This document shows positions 18,477 through 32,201 of a stretch of 64,000 bases of DNA, piece after piece; position 1 is the first letter of the stretch, and each line of letters starts with the position of its first letter. Source of the stretch: Azolla caroliniana (lineage: Eukaryota > Plantae > Polypodiophyta); NCBI GenBank assembly GCA_043228905.1, contig JBHGNT010000010.1, forward strand, positions 4,216,001 to 4,280,000. The letters run 5' to 3'. The notes beneath the pieces were generated by a model. It was given only the letters and a program-made list of their open reading frames with translations. It searched no databases and was not told where the DNA came from. Position numbers and translations under genes: made by a program.

Positions 18477-21400
18477 CTCGGGTGCTTCATTGAGGATGAG
18501 GGCGAAGTCATTGCGCAAGGGCGCAGAGACGGGAGAATGTTTATCCTCAACACCAATGACTTTGGCACCGCTCTGTTCGCGAATCGACAGAAGGTCGAGT
18601 CGGACATCGACCTATGGCACAAGCGGATAGGCCATGTCAACTACCGGAGGCTTCAAGACCTGCAAACGAAACAAGTCGTTGTTGGTTTGCCGAAGTTCAG
18701 CGGCCGGAGAGCCGAAATTTGTGAAGCTTGCCAACTTGGGAAGCAACACCGGCTTCCATTCCCCACCGAACGGAACCGGAGCCGTAACAAGCTCGATCTC
18801 ATCCATTCGGATGTGTGGGGACCGGCACAAAGTGTAAGCCTTGGCGGGAGCCGGTACTTCGTCTCCTTCATCGACGACTATACTCGACATACTTGGATCT
18901 ACCTCATTGAGCGGAAGAGCGAAGTCTTCGACTGTTTCCGGAGCCTCCAGAAGATGGTGGAACGGGAATTGGAGAGGAAGATCAAATGCCTTCAGTCGGA
19001 TGGCGGAAAGGAATATTTTTCCAGCCAATTCACTAGTTATCTGCAACAGAAGGGAATTCGGCGAGAGTTCAGCTGCAGATACACACCGGAGCAAAACGGT
19101 GTGGCCGAAAGGAAGAACCGGACACTCGTCGAAGCGGCAAGGGCAATGCTGGAGGAAAAGAGCATGCCCCGGTTCTACTAGGCGGAGGCGGTCCGGACGG
19201 CCGTCTACATACAAAATCGCATTGGTGACAAGGTGTCAGCTCATGAGCTGTATTTCGGGCGCAAGCCGAACTTAAGACACCTTCGGATATTCGGCAGCAT
19301 AGCGTCTGTGCATGTGCAAGATCAGAAGCGGAGAAAGCTTGATGCAAAATCGGAAAAATGCATCCTAGTCGGCTATGCTCAAGAGCAAAAGGGGTATAAG
19401 TGCTATAACCCCCGGACGAAGGAAGTCCGAGTTAGCCAGGATGTCGAGTTCAATGAATCGGCATCCTGGTACTCCGTACCGACTCCGACTTCCGATCCCG
19501 ACCCAATGCCGGAAGATCAGGCCAGTGAGCCTAAATCAGCCCTGGCAGAGGATGATGAAGCCGGGACTCAAGATGAGAGTCCGGAATCGTTACGGTTGAG
19601 TGGACCGAACGAGCGACTGAGTCGGTTGGACCAGTCGGATGAAGAGACGGCAAGTGGTGGAGACTCTGTCGTGCTCTCCCCGCGCAAGGAACCGAGGAAA
19701 CGGTTCACGCGCAAAGAGAAGGGGAAGAGGAAGATGCCGGAATTCGAAACCAGCAACGATGAGTCGGATCGGTGCGTATCCGACTCCGGAAAGGAGAAAG
19801 GCGGATCTTCGGCAACGAAGACCGAGCAGGCCAAGAAGGGCCTCAAATCAGGTGACGGTGCGTTGCGCCGATCAACCCGCCAGAAGGATCCTGTCATGCG
19901 GTACAGGTACAATGAATACATGGCGCATCATTATGCGTACATGACTAAGGTGACAGAAGTGCGTGAGCCGGAGAGCTACACAGAAGCGGCAAAGGACGCA
20001 AATTGGCGTGCCGCTATGGACAAAGAAATGCGGGCACTCGATGCCAACGAAACTTGGGACCTAGTTTATCCTCCCCGTCATTGTAAACCGATCGGATGCA
20101 AGTGGGTGTACAAGGTCAAGTACAACGCCGACGGTTCTGTTAACCGGTACAAAGCCCGGTTAGTGGCGAAGGGATACGCGCAGACCCACGGAATCGGCTA
20201 CGACGAGACCGTCGCTCCTGTGGCGAAGATGACGACGGTTCGTGTGGTACTGGCGGTTGCTGCGGCAAGGGGGTGGCATCTTCACCAGATGGATGTGAAG
20301 AATGCCTTCCTTCAAGGAGAGCTTGAAGAAGAAGCCTTTATGACTCAGCCCCCCGGATTTCAATCGGAGATGAACAAGTCGGCGGTATGCCGACTGAAGA
20401 AGTCGCTTTACGGCTTGAAGCAAGCCTCCCGAGCTTGGAATGCGAAGATCACACACCGGTTGCGGAAGCTGGGGTTTGATGTCTCTAAGTCGGACTCTTC
20501 GTTGTTCATCCGGCAAGGCTCTGATGGTCCGGTATGTATACTCTTGTATGTGGATGATTTAGTCATCACCAGACCGGGTCTTCCCGAAATCAACCGCGTC
20601 AAGTCCCAGTTGTCGGACGCATTCGAAATGAAGGACCTGGGGGACCTTCATTATTTTATTGGGATCGAAGTGATCCGGACCCCTGACGACATATTGCTCT
20701 CACAACGACATTACGTGTTGAATATGCTGTATAAGTTCGGCATGACGGATTGTCGACCTGTCTCCACACCCTTGGACCGGAACCAGAAGCTCCGTCCCAA
20801 CTCCGTACCGGCCTGCAATGAGAAACGGTTCCGACAGGTTGTCAGAAGCCTGATCTACTTAACCATCACCCGACCCGACATCAGCTATCCGGTCGGCATG
20901 GTAAGTCAGTTCATGCAGAAGCCGACCATGGAGCACCTTCAGTGCGCGCAACGAATATTATGGTATGTCAGCGGCACTAAGGACCGGGGACTGCTATACC
21001 GGCGAGGTATACCCGAGGAGCTTGTCGGTTACACAGATGCTGACTGGGTCGGCGATGCGTCTTATCGCCGCTCCACTTCAGGATACATGTTCTCCATAGG
21101 TAGCGCGGCCGTTGCGTGGAGCAGCAAGAAGCAGCCCACAGTGGCTTTGTCAAGCACTGAGGCTGAGTACCGGGCCGCTACTGTTGCCACTTGTGAAGCC
21201 ATCTGGCTTCGGCAACTGCTGCGAGACTTGCGGATCGAGGTACCGACCCCGATCCCAATTTACTGCGATAACATGAGCAGCCTGCAGCTCGCTAGGAACC
21301 CTGTGTTCCATGCTCGCACAAAGCACATCGAGGTGCACTACCACTTCGTGCGTGAGCGGGTCCTGAGCGGTGAAGTTGACCTACGGTATATTCATACGGA

Positions 21401-22241
21401 TCGGCAAGTTGCCGACATCTTCACCAAGCCGCTCGGATCGGACAAGTTGCAGCACTTTACCGACATGCTTGGTATTCATCATCTCGACGTGCCGCACTTG
21501 AGGGGGAGAAGCAAGGGCAAAGTCTCTACCGAAACGGGCAAAGGCCAAAAAACTGTTGAACCCGTCGGTAAGAGGAGAGCCGGAAGAAGAGGAGACAAGA
21601 AGATGAAGGAAGCCGAGTCGACGAAGGGAGTCGACACATCCGAACAGGTCGGAGCAAGCGGCTGTGAAGAAGAGTTGTGCACTCAGGAAGAGAAGTGCAT
21701 GCTGTGCGGAGGTCATCACGACGGTATTGACCATGATGCAGAGTCGAATGAAGAATTCGATTTCGGTTCACCGGCTGAAGAAGCCGAGGGAAACATGGAG
21801 AAGGCCAAGACTCGGAAGTGGTCCGATGTGGTGAGAGGCCTGAAGTCGGAAGTCGAATCGGAGTGTACCGATTCGGACAAGAGCTGGAACGAGTCGGAGA
21901 CAGCTGACTCGGATCAACAGATGGATCCGGATGAGTCGAATCGACTGAAGGCCAAGGGGACACGGACACAACGGAAGTCGATGCCATCATGGGAGAACCG
22001 ACGGATCGGCAAGCGCCGGAGTCACAGCAACGTGAGTGCTGAGATGGGCCTATTGAGCAGACATGCCGACCGAGAGGGTCGAGGCGCGCAGAACCAAAGG
22101 GGTTGCGGCAAACGGGACCGGACCGGACGAGGAGCGCGAGCAAGGCGGAGTGACGCCAGGAGAAGTTGGTTGGAAGAACCGACTGCCATAGAGGTCGACA
22201 CTACGACCCCACCTCAGGTTGAACTTGAGGGGGAGTGTTGA
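18477..22241 (+). pseudogene. Copia A pol (IN-RT-RNase H plus C-terminal extension)
   Basis: [58 protein letters not shown]; stop TAG at 19179-81; the ORF runs through the PPT and stops inside the LTR. Confidence 0.92.
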
Positions 22242-22563
22242 GCGGCAAGCTCAACTAGAGCCGGATCGGCTGAATAAGCCGAAGCCGGTAAGCGAGACGG
22301 ATCGGGCGAAACGGATCGGTATTACGGTGAGCAACCGAACTGGCAAGCAGTGGAGGCCAGGTGCAATCCGTAACCGGAAGTCCAATCGGAAGCCTAGTAT
22401 AGGATAGACTACTAGGTAGCTACAGTCTCGTAGTAAGTGTAAGATGCTTGTGTGAGCATTGAAGTACATGGTACTTCTGTCAGTCCCAAGAGGACTTGTA
22501 TAAATAGTGCTACTTAGCACAGTGTGTGTACAGAGTTTTGATATAATTTTGAAATTGTGTTCT

Positions 22564-22616
<53 letters not shown>

Positions 22617-24219
22617 TGTTCTCTGTTTTACGCTTCCGCAAACATTTACGTTCACACATTTAAAACATTATGAGATCAATCCCAATCATTCTTATTCATA
22701 ATTAGTTATAAGGACAAGCTAGTCATTATTCTATAAGCTTTATTGTTTGTTACATAATATGCATGCGTTGAAAGAGCTCTTGTTGCTACCTTTGTTGACC
22801 CATCTCACCATATGTGATTACAAAGAAAAAATTGTCTACATGGACATTTCTTGAGAGTACCATAGAGGGAAACAAAACCTTTCACTATATGCTCTTATAC
22901 TTAATGATAACCTAAGATTTTATTAACTCTTGTGCTCGTGTTCAAATATCACAAAATGTACTAATTTAGTAGATGCAACTACCAAATGTAAAGGTTGTGC
23001 ATAGGTTGATTTTTTAATGCATGAATAAGGAGTCGCGACATTTTAGTCTCCATTGAATGCATAAATCATGAGTCGTGACATTCTAGTCTCCATGGACAAT
23101 CCTTTTAGTCTACCCATTCTAAGTATAGGAGTATTTTGGTAGTGCATTTAAAAATTACGCCTATTTTGTTTCCTTTATGATGCATATTTTTTGTTCTCTA
23201 GTTTAAAAGTTAGGAGGTATTCTAGTAACTAAAAAACCAATATAGAGATGCTTCTATCAAGAGTTATAAAATGGTTGATTCTTACTATTGAGTGGCGACG
23301 TGCTCAGCAAAGCACTTTACTTAGACAAATACCGGTCAACCTGTTCGCCTTTGGAGGAGATAGGCTACATGCAATTTATGGAAGTTCAACTAAGTAGAAA
23401 GATAAATAATTATCAATCAATTTTTACAAACAATTGGATCTTCATTACTATTGTTTTACATGTCTAGATATTGTTCACAACATTTGTAACTACATTCTAA
23501 ATGTTTTTAAGTGGATGATGCCCAAAAATGGATGTTGGTACCAATAGAACTTATGGCTATATGGTACATCTACATACCTCACACACACACATGTTAGAAA
23601 TATTGAGAATCGATTAGATAGGTACATAGAGTTACAACTACAGAGATGGGATATATGAAAACAAAACTTCTATTACATATGAGAGTAGCTGACAATGGTA
23701 GTTTTCCCATGCACTTAGCTTAGATAGGATATGGACCAGCTCACTACAAAATTAGTGTGGACTGATAATCAAGCCAACCACTGTGAAAAGAAAGTAGATT
23801 GCTTTCTATGTTTGGTCTAAGTATAACATTAAATGTGCAAGTGAATTGATAGTAGTGGAGATATTCCTTTTCGGTCAATTGATTTGTCATTTAATATGAC
23901 CAACTCCCTAGGTACAGGCTATTGCTAGATAATACTTATCTTGAAGTCAATGACGCATACTTCAAGACTAAGTACATCGTAACTTGCCCACAAAATATTC
24001 TAGTTGCCTTGATTAGCCAATCCTACTACCTATTTCTCTCTTTCCTAAATACATTGTGTCCTACACATCTACGGTTTCCTAGAGTAACACCTTATCGACC
24101 CATATAGTCGAGTTGCACACTAGCCACTCCTCATTTGGGGCACTACCACAAAATGTGCACTCTAAGAGCACATATGGGGATAGATTTACAACTTGGGGCT
24201 GATCATTGATTATATCTAA

Positions 24220-24264
<45 letters not shown>

Positions 24265-25200
24265 TCCAATAGCTTATATCAATGAAGTGCAAGAGATTGG
24301 GCTCCAATGGTGTCAAACCCTCTATTGGAATTGCACTTCCACATTCTGCAGCTATAATATGAACCTTTTATTTTCTCCATTATGTTCTTCATGTGGAATA
24401 TATGTTTGTGTATCCTCTGATTTCCACACAATGAATAATAACACTACAATCTACTCTTGAAGTCTGAAGACATCCCAACCCCACGTTGATACATATTCTG
24501 TATTCCCCATACTCAAATCCATAAAGAAAATTTGTAAGACCCACTGATGCAATTTTTTGTACCATGGAGATTGCACTGGGAAAAAATTGATTCACTACTT
24601 CACACATGCAATCCACCAAATTACATTACTGTAGCCCATGAAACCAAATGGATGCTATTCGTAACACTTGTCATTACTATGTATGAATATCATCAATGTT
24701 ATCGGATGAATCAATCATTGCACCTCAATTAACGCAACTTACCCTTCCAACATCACAAGTTACTGTGACACTTGAAAACAACAGGAGCTGCTCAAAGTTC
24801 AATATGTATAAGCATTTGTAAAACACTGTGTACAAAACTTTAAAAATATAGGTGGCTCGTGGCTGGCCAGCTCATAAAAAAGGGTATACAATGAATGCAC
24901 TATTAAAACAATATGAGACGAGAATGATGCCAGTTCAAATCAGAAATACAGATGATTCTCTGATTGGGCATTTCTTAATGGCCTTTATAGTTATGAGACC
25001 TCTTGATATATGGCTTTCTGGTATTTATAATGTTATATTATATTATGCTTACCCAACTGTTATGGTTATAAAACAAATGAAATCACAAAATGGTTTCTCT
25101 TACAAGAGACATGGCTCACCATGCCCTCTTTCCTTTCCTCAATACCTTCTTTGGTGATGCTTGGGGTCTTCAATATATACGTGTGTGTGTGTGTGTGTGA

Positions 25201-28200
25201 TCATCCCCTTCCAGAATCTGGGGAAACAATGATGGGTATAACTGTCTTTGTAGAGGGCTTGTGAGCTCGTGTTTGCCACCGTGCACTATGCTTGGCATAA
25301 AATGCACGCAAGTGAGGAATGACTTTCTCGCTCAGCTTTATATTGATGAAGAAGATCAACCTATATGCAAATATATTTGCAAACACCATGGCATTGTCCC
25401 ACCACATATTCCAACTCAAATCAATCTGGAAGTTCTCCCTCAAAACTTGCTCCCCAGAGAGAGGTGGGAGTAAAGGGCTTATGTTGTCGAATGTAAGCCC
25501 CAGCAAGTCGTTTTTATATTGCCCCTGTACGTAAATACAATTCATTTGATATGAGCATATTGTTCCTTTGGATTGACTTTTAAGCAGATTCAAATTTCTT
25601 AAACTGAATGTACACATTGAAATTCCTTTAATTGAATGCACACATTGAAAATTCCTTAACTGAACGTACACAGATTCAAAAAATTTATCGATTGAAACAT
25701 TCGACAACCTGTTATAATTATATGTACCTGCAATGCCCAATAGTTGTAGCTCATGTATGATAGTGGATATCTCCAAACCACCTTTGGCAAGTCATTCGGA
25801 AGCCGAAAGAACCCAGCAACTAACATGAACATACCCTGATCAAGAAAGAGCAATGATGTGTTCAATACCCACAGAGGTTTAGGAACAAGCATAGAAAGGT
25901 TAAATATGATCTTTTACTTACCATTAGACCAGCCCCACAGATAATCCCCATAAGAAAGTTTGGGACTATACTTGCAATGGCCATCATCAAGCTTTCTACC
26001 ACTGTAATGCATCCAAAGAGGTTGATGATAAAGAATATATAGTGGCTCAAGCCAGGATGCAGTCCAGCCATAAAATAGCATATCGTTCCAGTTGCAAAAG
26101 CTATAGCAAACAAGAAAGGAAGAGAAGACAATGTGTTCGCAATCACAAAGGAGAGCACTCCATAATGCCCATTCAATCTCTCCCGATGAAAAACCTGCCA
26201 AGATTAAGAAAGTTTTTCCTACATCTCCTTACAAATAGATGTAGACAAAGAGTATATACTAAATAACGTTAACTCACCTTCATGTCCTCTATAAAAGATG
26301 GGAAGCCACCAATTGACATGAAAGTAACGAAACCAGAAACAAATGAAGTGCATGCACCTCTTGCCTGTAAATAAAATGAGTTTTAACATTTGAAAAAGCT
26401 TCGAATATGTCAACTCGAGTTTCAATATGATACACAAGCAAAGGCCCTTACCAGTATAGAGCTATAAGATGTCCCAACCTTATAGTAAAGGCTTCCAACA
26501 CTTATGGCAACAATTATGTATATTATGAGTCGAAACCAGTAATAACCAACATCTCTACTCATGTTAATGAATGAACGCATTGTCAGCACCTTCGATTGCA
26601 TCCAAAAGCTTGCTAAACTCCCCCTAGAGTCGAGGAGTGTGCCTTTCTGCAAAACAAAGGCACAATTCATGTTCAAAAGTATCACATTAAGTTAGAAATC
26701 AAATAACAAAAACAGAAAGTAGTGTGCAAAGTCTTGGAGTAAAACTACTTACAACTTGAGAGATCTCATGGATCCTGGAAGCAGTTAGGATTGCATGCTC
26801 TGAGTTGCTATAAGCATTCGTCAATAGCTCAATGATTTCAGAGGTCATAAGTTTCGATGATGCATCCACGATACCATTTACCTGTAAAACAAAAAAGAGA
26901 AAATTGAATATCACCAGGTGCATGGGTGCCTTGAAATACAGCAAAGCAGGACAGAGACATCACCCTGTGTCTTAGAGAGCTTTTTTCAGTTGGCTTTACT
27001 CTATCAAAATCCGAATTGACACATCGAAGAAAGTGATCAGAAGGATTCCGCCTTGGTGGACAAGGAAAACCTGAATCAGCAAAGAACTGCAAAATAGGCA
27101 CAATATGGTCACAAAAAACATCAGAAAAGACCCACAATTCAAGAACAAATGTCTCTCATACATTCTGGACACAATGTTCATCAAACCTCATGAGCACTAG
27201 AGGCTTTCCCGAAGTAGATCGTTCTACCACCTGACAACAGGAAGAGATTGTCAAAGAGTGCAAATACTTCACTACTGGGCTGATGGATGGAGAAGATAAC
27301 GGTTCGACCATCGTGTGAAAGGCCTCTCAATGTTTTCAGAACAAAGAAGGATGCCGCACTGCAAGGAAAGAAGATAAGTTGAGCTAAAATGCAATGGGAA
27401 AGGATTATAATTACGAAAAGAATGTCAAATCTAAAGCAATGGTTCTAATATTAATAGATTCACTGTAAAACACATTCGTATTTTAACTTTTTGATGATTT
27501 TGTACCAGTTAAATAGTACTTTTGTGGCAAAAATTTTACTTTTCCGTACAACAGTTGACTTTACAAGATCTTCGATGACACATCCCTCGTAAAAGAGAAT
27601 TCTAACAAATGTGAATCATTCACACTACCACAAGATACATCACCACCTAAGTCAAGAATTTGTCCATTGATTACCAAAGCAATATATATAAATATACCTG
27701 TCAAGCCCACTAGTGGGCTCATCGAGGAAGAGAAGCCGAGGTCGGGTAAGGATCTCTAGAGCAATGCTCACTCTCCTCTTTTCACCACCACTAAGACCGC
27801 GTACATGCCAGTTTCCGACAGGTGTATCAGCACAGTCCTGAAGACCCATCTCAAGGATAGTGCTCTCAACAATTGTATTTTTCTCTCTCTTTGGCATTTT
27901 ATCTGGCAAACGAAGATGGGCAGAGTAGTAGATGGTCTCTCGAACAGTGAGAGTTCCAAGCAGTGTATCTTCTTGAGTGACATAGGCCTGCATTCATTTA
28001 TTTAAACATGAAACAAATGAATGAATGCATATCAGCATGTTTTTAGCAACACCTTATCACAATCATAGTTGATGATGCAGGCTTATCTCATCACAATTCA
28101 CAACACTTTAAACTCACCGCAGAACCATACGAAAGCTTCGTGTGTTGCCCATTAACAAGAACTTGTCCAGACACCAGAGCATTTCTTGCAAGGCGCCCTA

Positions 28201-28875
28201 CACATACATAAATATGTCTTAGTAAGAAAACTCATCCGAATTGACCAACAAGAGCAATGAACAAGCCATCCAGTTGATTGAAGGAGAGTGACAAATTTAT
28301 GAGAATTGGTTATAAAGGGGAATAGAAATTTTCATTTGAATTGTTCATAGAGGAGTAATAATGATAAAACCATCATCATGGGTATCTAGGAATTTAGTGC
28401 TGATTTCCATTGGAACAGATACATTCTCTGTTGAATTAAAATAAAAAAAACATGTGCAAAATATTTTGTTATAAGTTTCTCTTTGGGAATTTGTGTATGT
28501 CAATTTTCTATCAGATCAATAATTAGATTGGTGATTGAATGTGGTCAAGTAAGTACCTGCAAGAGCATCAAGAAGGGTTGATTTCCCCGACCCTGAGGGG
28601 CCCATGATGGCCGTCATAAAACAAGGCTCTGCATATCCACTCACATTCTCGAGGATTGGATGAATTTCTCCTCGACCATTGGAGACTCGAACAGTGAGAT
28701 CTTTCCAAGTGAGCCAGGCCGAGGATTCGGTTCCAGTGGTCATGCCATGGGGTTTCAATTTCTTCACATTCTTCCATAGTGTCTCACTCAAAGGGCTCAA
28801 CCGAGAGAGGTAATGCGATGGAGAATGATGGGTCCTTCCCGAAACCTGTCGGGTAAGGCCATTCGGTGCTTCCAT
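25201..28875 (-). CDS. ABCG11: ABC transporter G family half-transporter (WBC type, ABCG11-like), 11 exons, 699 aa
   Basis: GT-AG exons 28557-28875, 28118-28197, 27698-27987, 27187-27358, 26964-27086, 26753-26881, 26452-26646, 26278-26364, 25922-26194, 25728-25835, 25201-25524 sum to 2100 nt in frame. Walker [10 protein letters not shown], signature LSGGEKRRV, Walker [44 protein letters not shown]; NBD-TMD order. Exact orthology is inferred. Confidence 0.93.
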
Positions 28876-28939
28876 GGAAAGCAAAATCACACAAAGCAAC
28901 TACAAACAACAACAACAAGATGTTGGGTAAGGCTATTGG

Positions 28940-29290
28940 GGCAAACCTAACTCTATTCCTAACCTTAACAGCACGAAATCGGTTAGACTAGTGGCAAGGA
29001 TTAACCTAATCCTAACCGTAACCCTAAAACAAGAACTTGGGTAATGCAAGAAGCGAATATGAACAACCCTGAAACCTTAATCTTAACCTTACCAAACGAG
29101 ATGTTGGTTAAGACTAATTCTAAACCCTAAACCTAAACCCTAAAACCGTAACATTAACAACAAGGTGATGATAGTAAGGCAAGGATTACCCTAGAATCTA
29201 ACCCCAGAACCTTTTAACAACGAGAAGTTGTATTGGGCTAGGAGCAAGGAGAAGGATAACCTTAACCTTAACTCTTAACTCTAACACTAA
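28940..29290. repeat. Cluster of degenerate telomere-like / telo-box motifs upstream of the ABCG start
   Basis: aaaccctaaacctaaaccctaaa at ~29122-29144 plus many aaccta/aacctta/accctaa variants. Confidence 0.55.
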
Positions 29291-29924
29291 GGGCCCAGCT
29301 TTCAACTCTTAAAACTTTCTAAAGTCTGTAGGAACAGAGGAAGGAAAGGACGGAGATGAAGATTTTAGTAGGAGGAATGGCGAACCTGGAGGAGGAAGTG
29401 GGGTTGCTGTCATCATCTTGTTTCTCTTGAGAGATCCTGGTCTTCTGCGGCCACCACCTTCGGGCATTGAATGCGCTTGCCAAACCCTAATCAGAGAGAG
29501 ACAGAGAGACAGAGAGGCAGAGAGAGAGCGATCTTCGTGGAAATTTGAAAATACAGGAGGATTGGAAGGAAAAAGGGGGAAGGGAGGGGGGGACCAGACA
29601 GAGATCTATCTAATTTTGGGTCCCACCCAAATCATCATCATTCACCATATTAACTGTCCTACCCATCCACCCTCTTTCTCCTCTGGCAGACAGACAGATA
29701 AACAGATAGATAGATGAAGATCCATAGATAGGTAGTTCTGTCTTTCTACCCTCCTTCTTTAACCCACCATACCCTACCCTTCTTCTTCTTCTTCTTCTTC
29801 TTCTTCTTCATTCTTCTTCATATTTGCTGGATTTGGCTACATTCATTCACCGGCTTTCTGTTGTAAGTGTTCCGGAAACATCCGAAATTCCCCGATATGA
29901 CCCCCCCATGCGCACGATCTTTCT

Positions 29925-30370
29925 CCTCCCGGTCCTCTTGCTTCTTGCTTTTTGCTTTTATTGTCGAGTACTCTGCAAACCCACGCACCAGGCTCCGTTC
30001 ACAGTTAGGGTTCCCGAGGGACATTGGTGTCTCTCCTCCCATGCTTCCGGTCCTCTTGCTTTTTGCTTTTGTGCGAACCCACTCCCCATGGCACCGTTCA
30101 CAACAGTCAGGGTCTCCGAGGGACATTAGTGCCTCTCCTCCCATGCTTCCGGTCCTCTTGCTTTTTGCTTTTTGCTTTTCCTGTTGAGTATTGTGCGAAC
30201 CCACTCCCCATGCCGCCGTTCACAACAGTTAGGGTCTCCGAGGGACATTGGTGTCTCTCCTCCCATGCTTCCGGTCCTCTTGCCTTTTGCTTTTTGTTTT
30301 TCCTGTTGAGTATTGTGTGAACCCACTCCCCAGGCTCCATTCATGGTGAAGGTCTCCGAGGGACACTAGT
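29925..30370. repeat. Minisatellite, ~100-120-bp unit, ~3.5 copies, upstream of ABCG
   Basis: ccggtcctcttgc.tttttgc...aacccactcccca...cagtt/cagggtctccgagggacatt.gtg.ctctcctcccatgctt repeats. Confidence 0.9.
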
Positions 30371-31901
30371 GCTAGCGCCAGGGCCTCGCTTTTTCCCCGT
30401 GGCATGTATAAAGGACATTATTTCGCAGTTCAAAACTCCTGTCCTGCCACCATTGTGGAACATACCTGCGTGTGTGATGTAATGGGAACCATGTGGGGAT
30501 GCAACATTCTTCTGTTCCGGCTTTTGTGGATGATAAACCCACACATGCACAACCCTAATTGTACCACTCTATATGTAGACTCTTAGTTACCGTTGCAGCG
30601 AGGGTTTCCTGACGAGGCGGGGAGTCTGCTAGAGCCTAGGGGCCTTGCTTCTCCCATGGCATGCAAAGTACATTATTTGCATTCTAAACCCCTGTTCCCC
30701 ATGGGGGATGCAACATTCTCATGTTTTGGCTTGTATCCAATGAACCCACACACATGCACATCCTTCATTGTACGACTTTGTATGCAGAATCTTAGTTACG
30801 AGTGTGATGCAACCAAAATGCGAGTGTATACCTTTTCCCATTGCAATCTAGAACTTACATAGTGATCTTATGTTATCATTTTGACCCCTGCCTAAAGTTT
30901 ATGTAATGGGGGCCAAAGGGTTGCCATGTTTTTTATAATGTCGAACACAGTGCCACCTTTTGAGTATTCATACTAATATATATAGGAGCTTGTAATATTG
31001 GGACATTGCACGTGTGCTCTTCATGCTAGCAAGAGCGCCCATGCTAAGAAATCATAAGAGAACAAATGGGAAGTTTTCCACATTGTAAACTGTTTAAAAT
31101 ATTTGAATGTTAAATAAATCTTATCACATTTCATCAACATCACACAACATCTAGAGCACCTTTGTATCAATTGTCATTGAGGTGGCATCATCGGAACCAT
31201 GAGTGTTAAAGGTTGGGTTCTTGAGATGTCATGCATGTGGTTCATTGACAATCCAACATCCAATTATTTTGGCTCTTTTCACACGGTGAATACTCATTGA
31301 TATCCTTGGAATCGAGCCTTAAAGTCTTAGAAATCATGCCATCACATTTTCTAATCAATTAAGATTGAGATGACGCCCTTAGAACCATGTCGCAAAGTAA
31401 AATAACATTCACACTTCTACTCCTTATATGTCATGTATATGTATTTTGGGCTCCATGCATGCTTCTTGACAACAAAACATACACGATTCATACAATTATT
31501 ATTGGGACTTTGGTTCCTTCTATGCAATAAATACAAGAATTGTTGGCTGGCATCCTTGCAACCACTAAGTTTTAAGTCAAAGTACATGTTGGGTAATACC
31601 CTTAGTTCTCATATCATAACCATCGTTGGACATAACTATTAACAACTCTGCTTTTTCGTGTTTCTAAAGTTGAATGGTCTTAGAGATACTCAAGGAGTTA
31701 TGATTATATATATTGGAAAATAGATCATGACATTAGGAGTCACTTTGCATTAAAGGATTTTGTTTTAAATTTGGTGAGAATTAAGATGGGTGGATACAAC
31801 ATACAAGATTGGTGTTCATTTGGTAAAGCCTTAAAAACCGAAGAAAATTTTCAAGCATTTATCTTTAAAGGGTCACTCAATCATTGCGGGGAAACTTGCA
31901 C

Positions 31902-32201
31902 GCCAAGGATTTCACCTACTCTAGTTGCTTTGGTGGGTAATTTAAGGTGATGAATCTTATCCTAGGAAACGATATTCTCAAAGTATCGAGTGTGTCCTCT
32001 TACGTTTTACTGCTCAAAAGGTATAAGGGAAAAGTTGCCATTTGTTAGTATATACCAATTTCCATCCAAGGATTTCACCTATTCTAGTTGCTTTGGTGTG
32101 GTAATTTAAGGTGATCCATCTCATCCTAGGAAACAATATTCTCAAAATATCGAGTGTGTCCTCTTACGTTTTACTCCTCGAAAGGTATAAGCAAAAAGTT
32201 A
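31902..32201. repeat. ~163-bp tandem duplication
   Basis: ccaaggatttcaccta.tctagttgctttggtg...tatcgagtgtgtcctcttacgttttact...aaaggtataag occurs twice. Confidence 0.9.

Larger units (their letters stand above)
12648..22656 (+). mobile_element. Ty1/Copia LTR retrotransposon A (internally deleted; interrupted by element B)
   Basis: TG...CA termini with 5-bp TSD CATTT (12643-47, 22657-61). 3' LTR 22236-22656 follows PPT GAGGGGGAG. Only ~130 bp of the 5' LTR remain, joined at ~12779 to protease-region sequence (~1.4 kb lost relative to copy C). Confidence 0.95.

Noticed and set aside
21526-22143. 205-aa antisense ORF, also at 57022-57639
   Set aside because: Non-ATG start and no motif; sharing is explained by the high identity of copies A and C and by GC-rich sequence.
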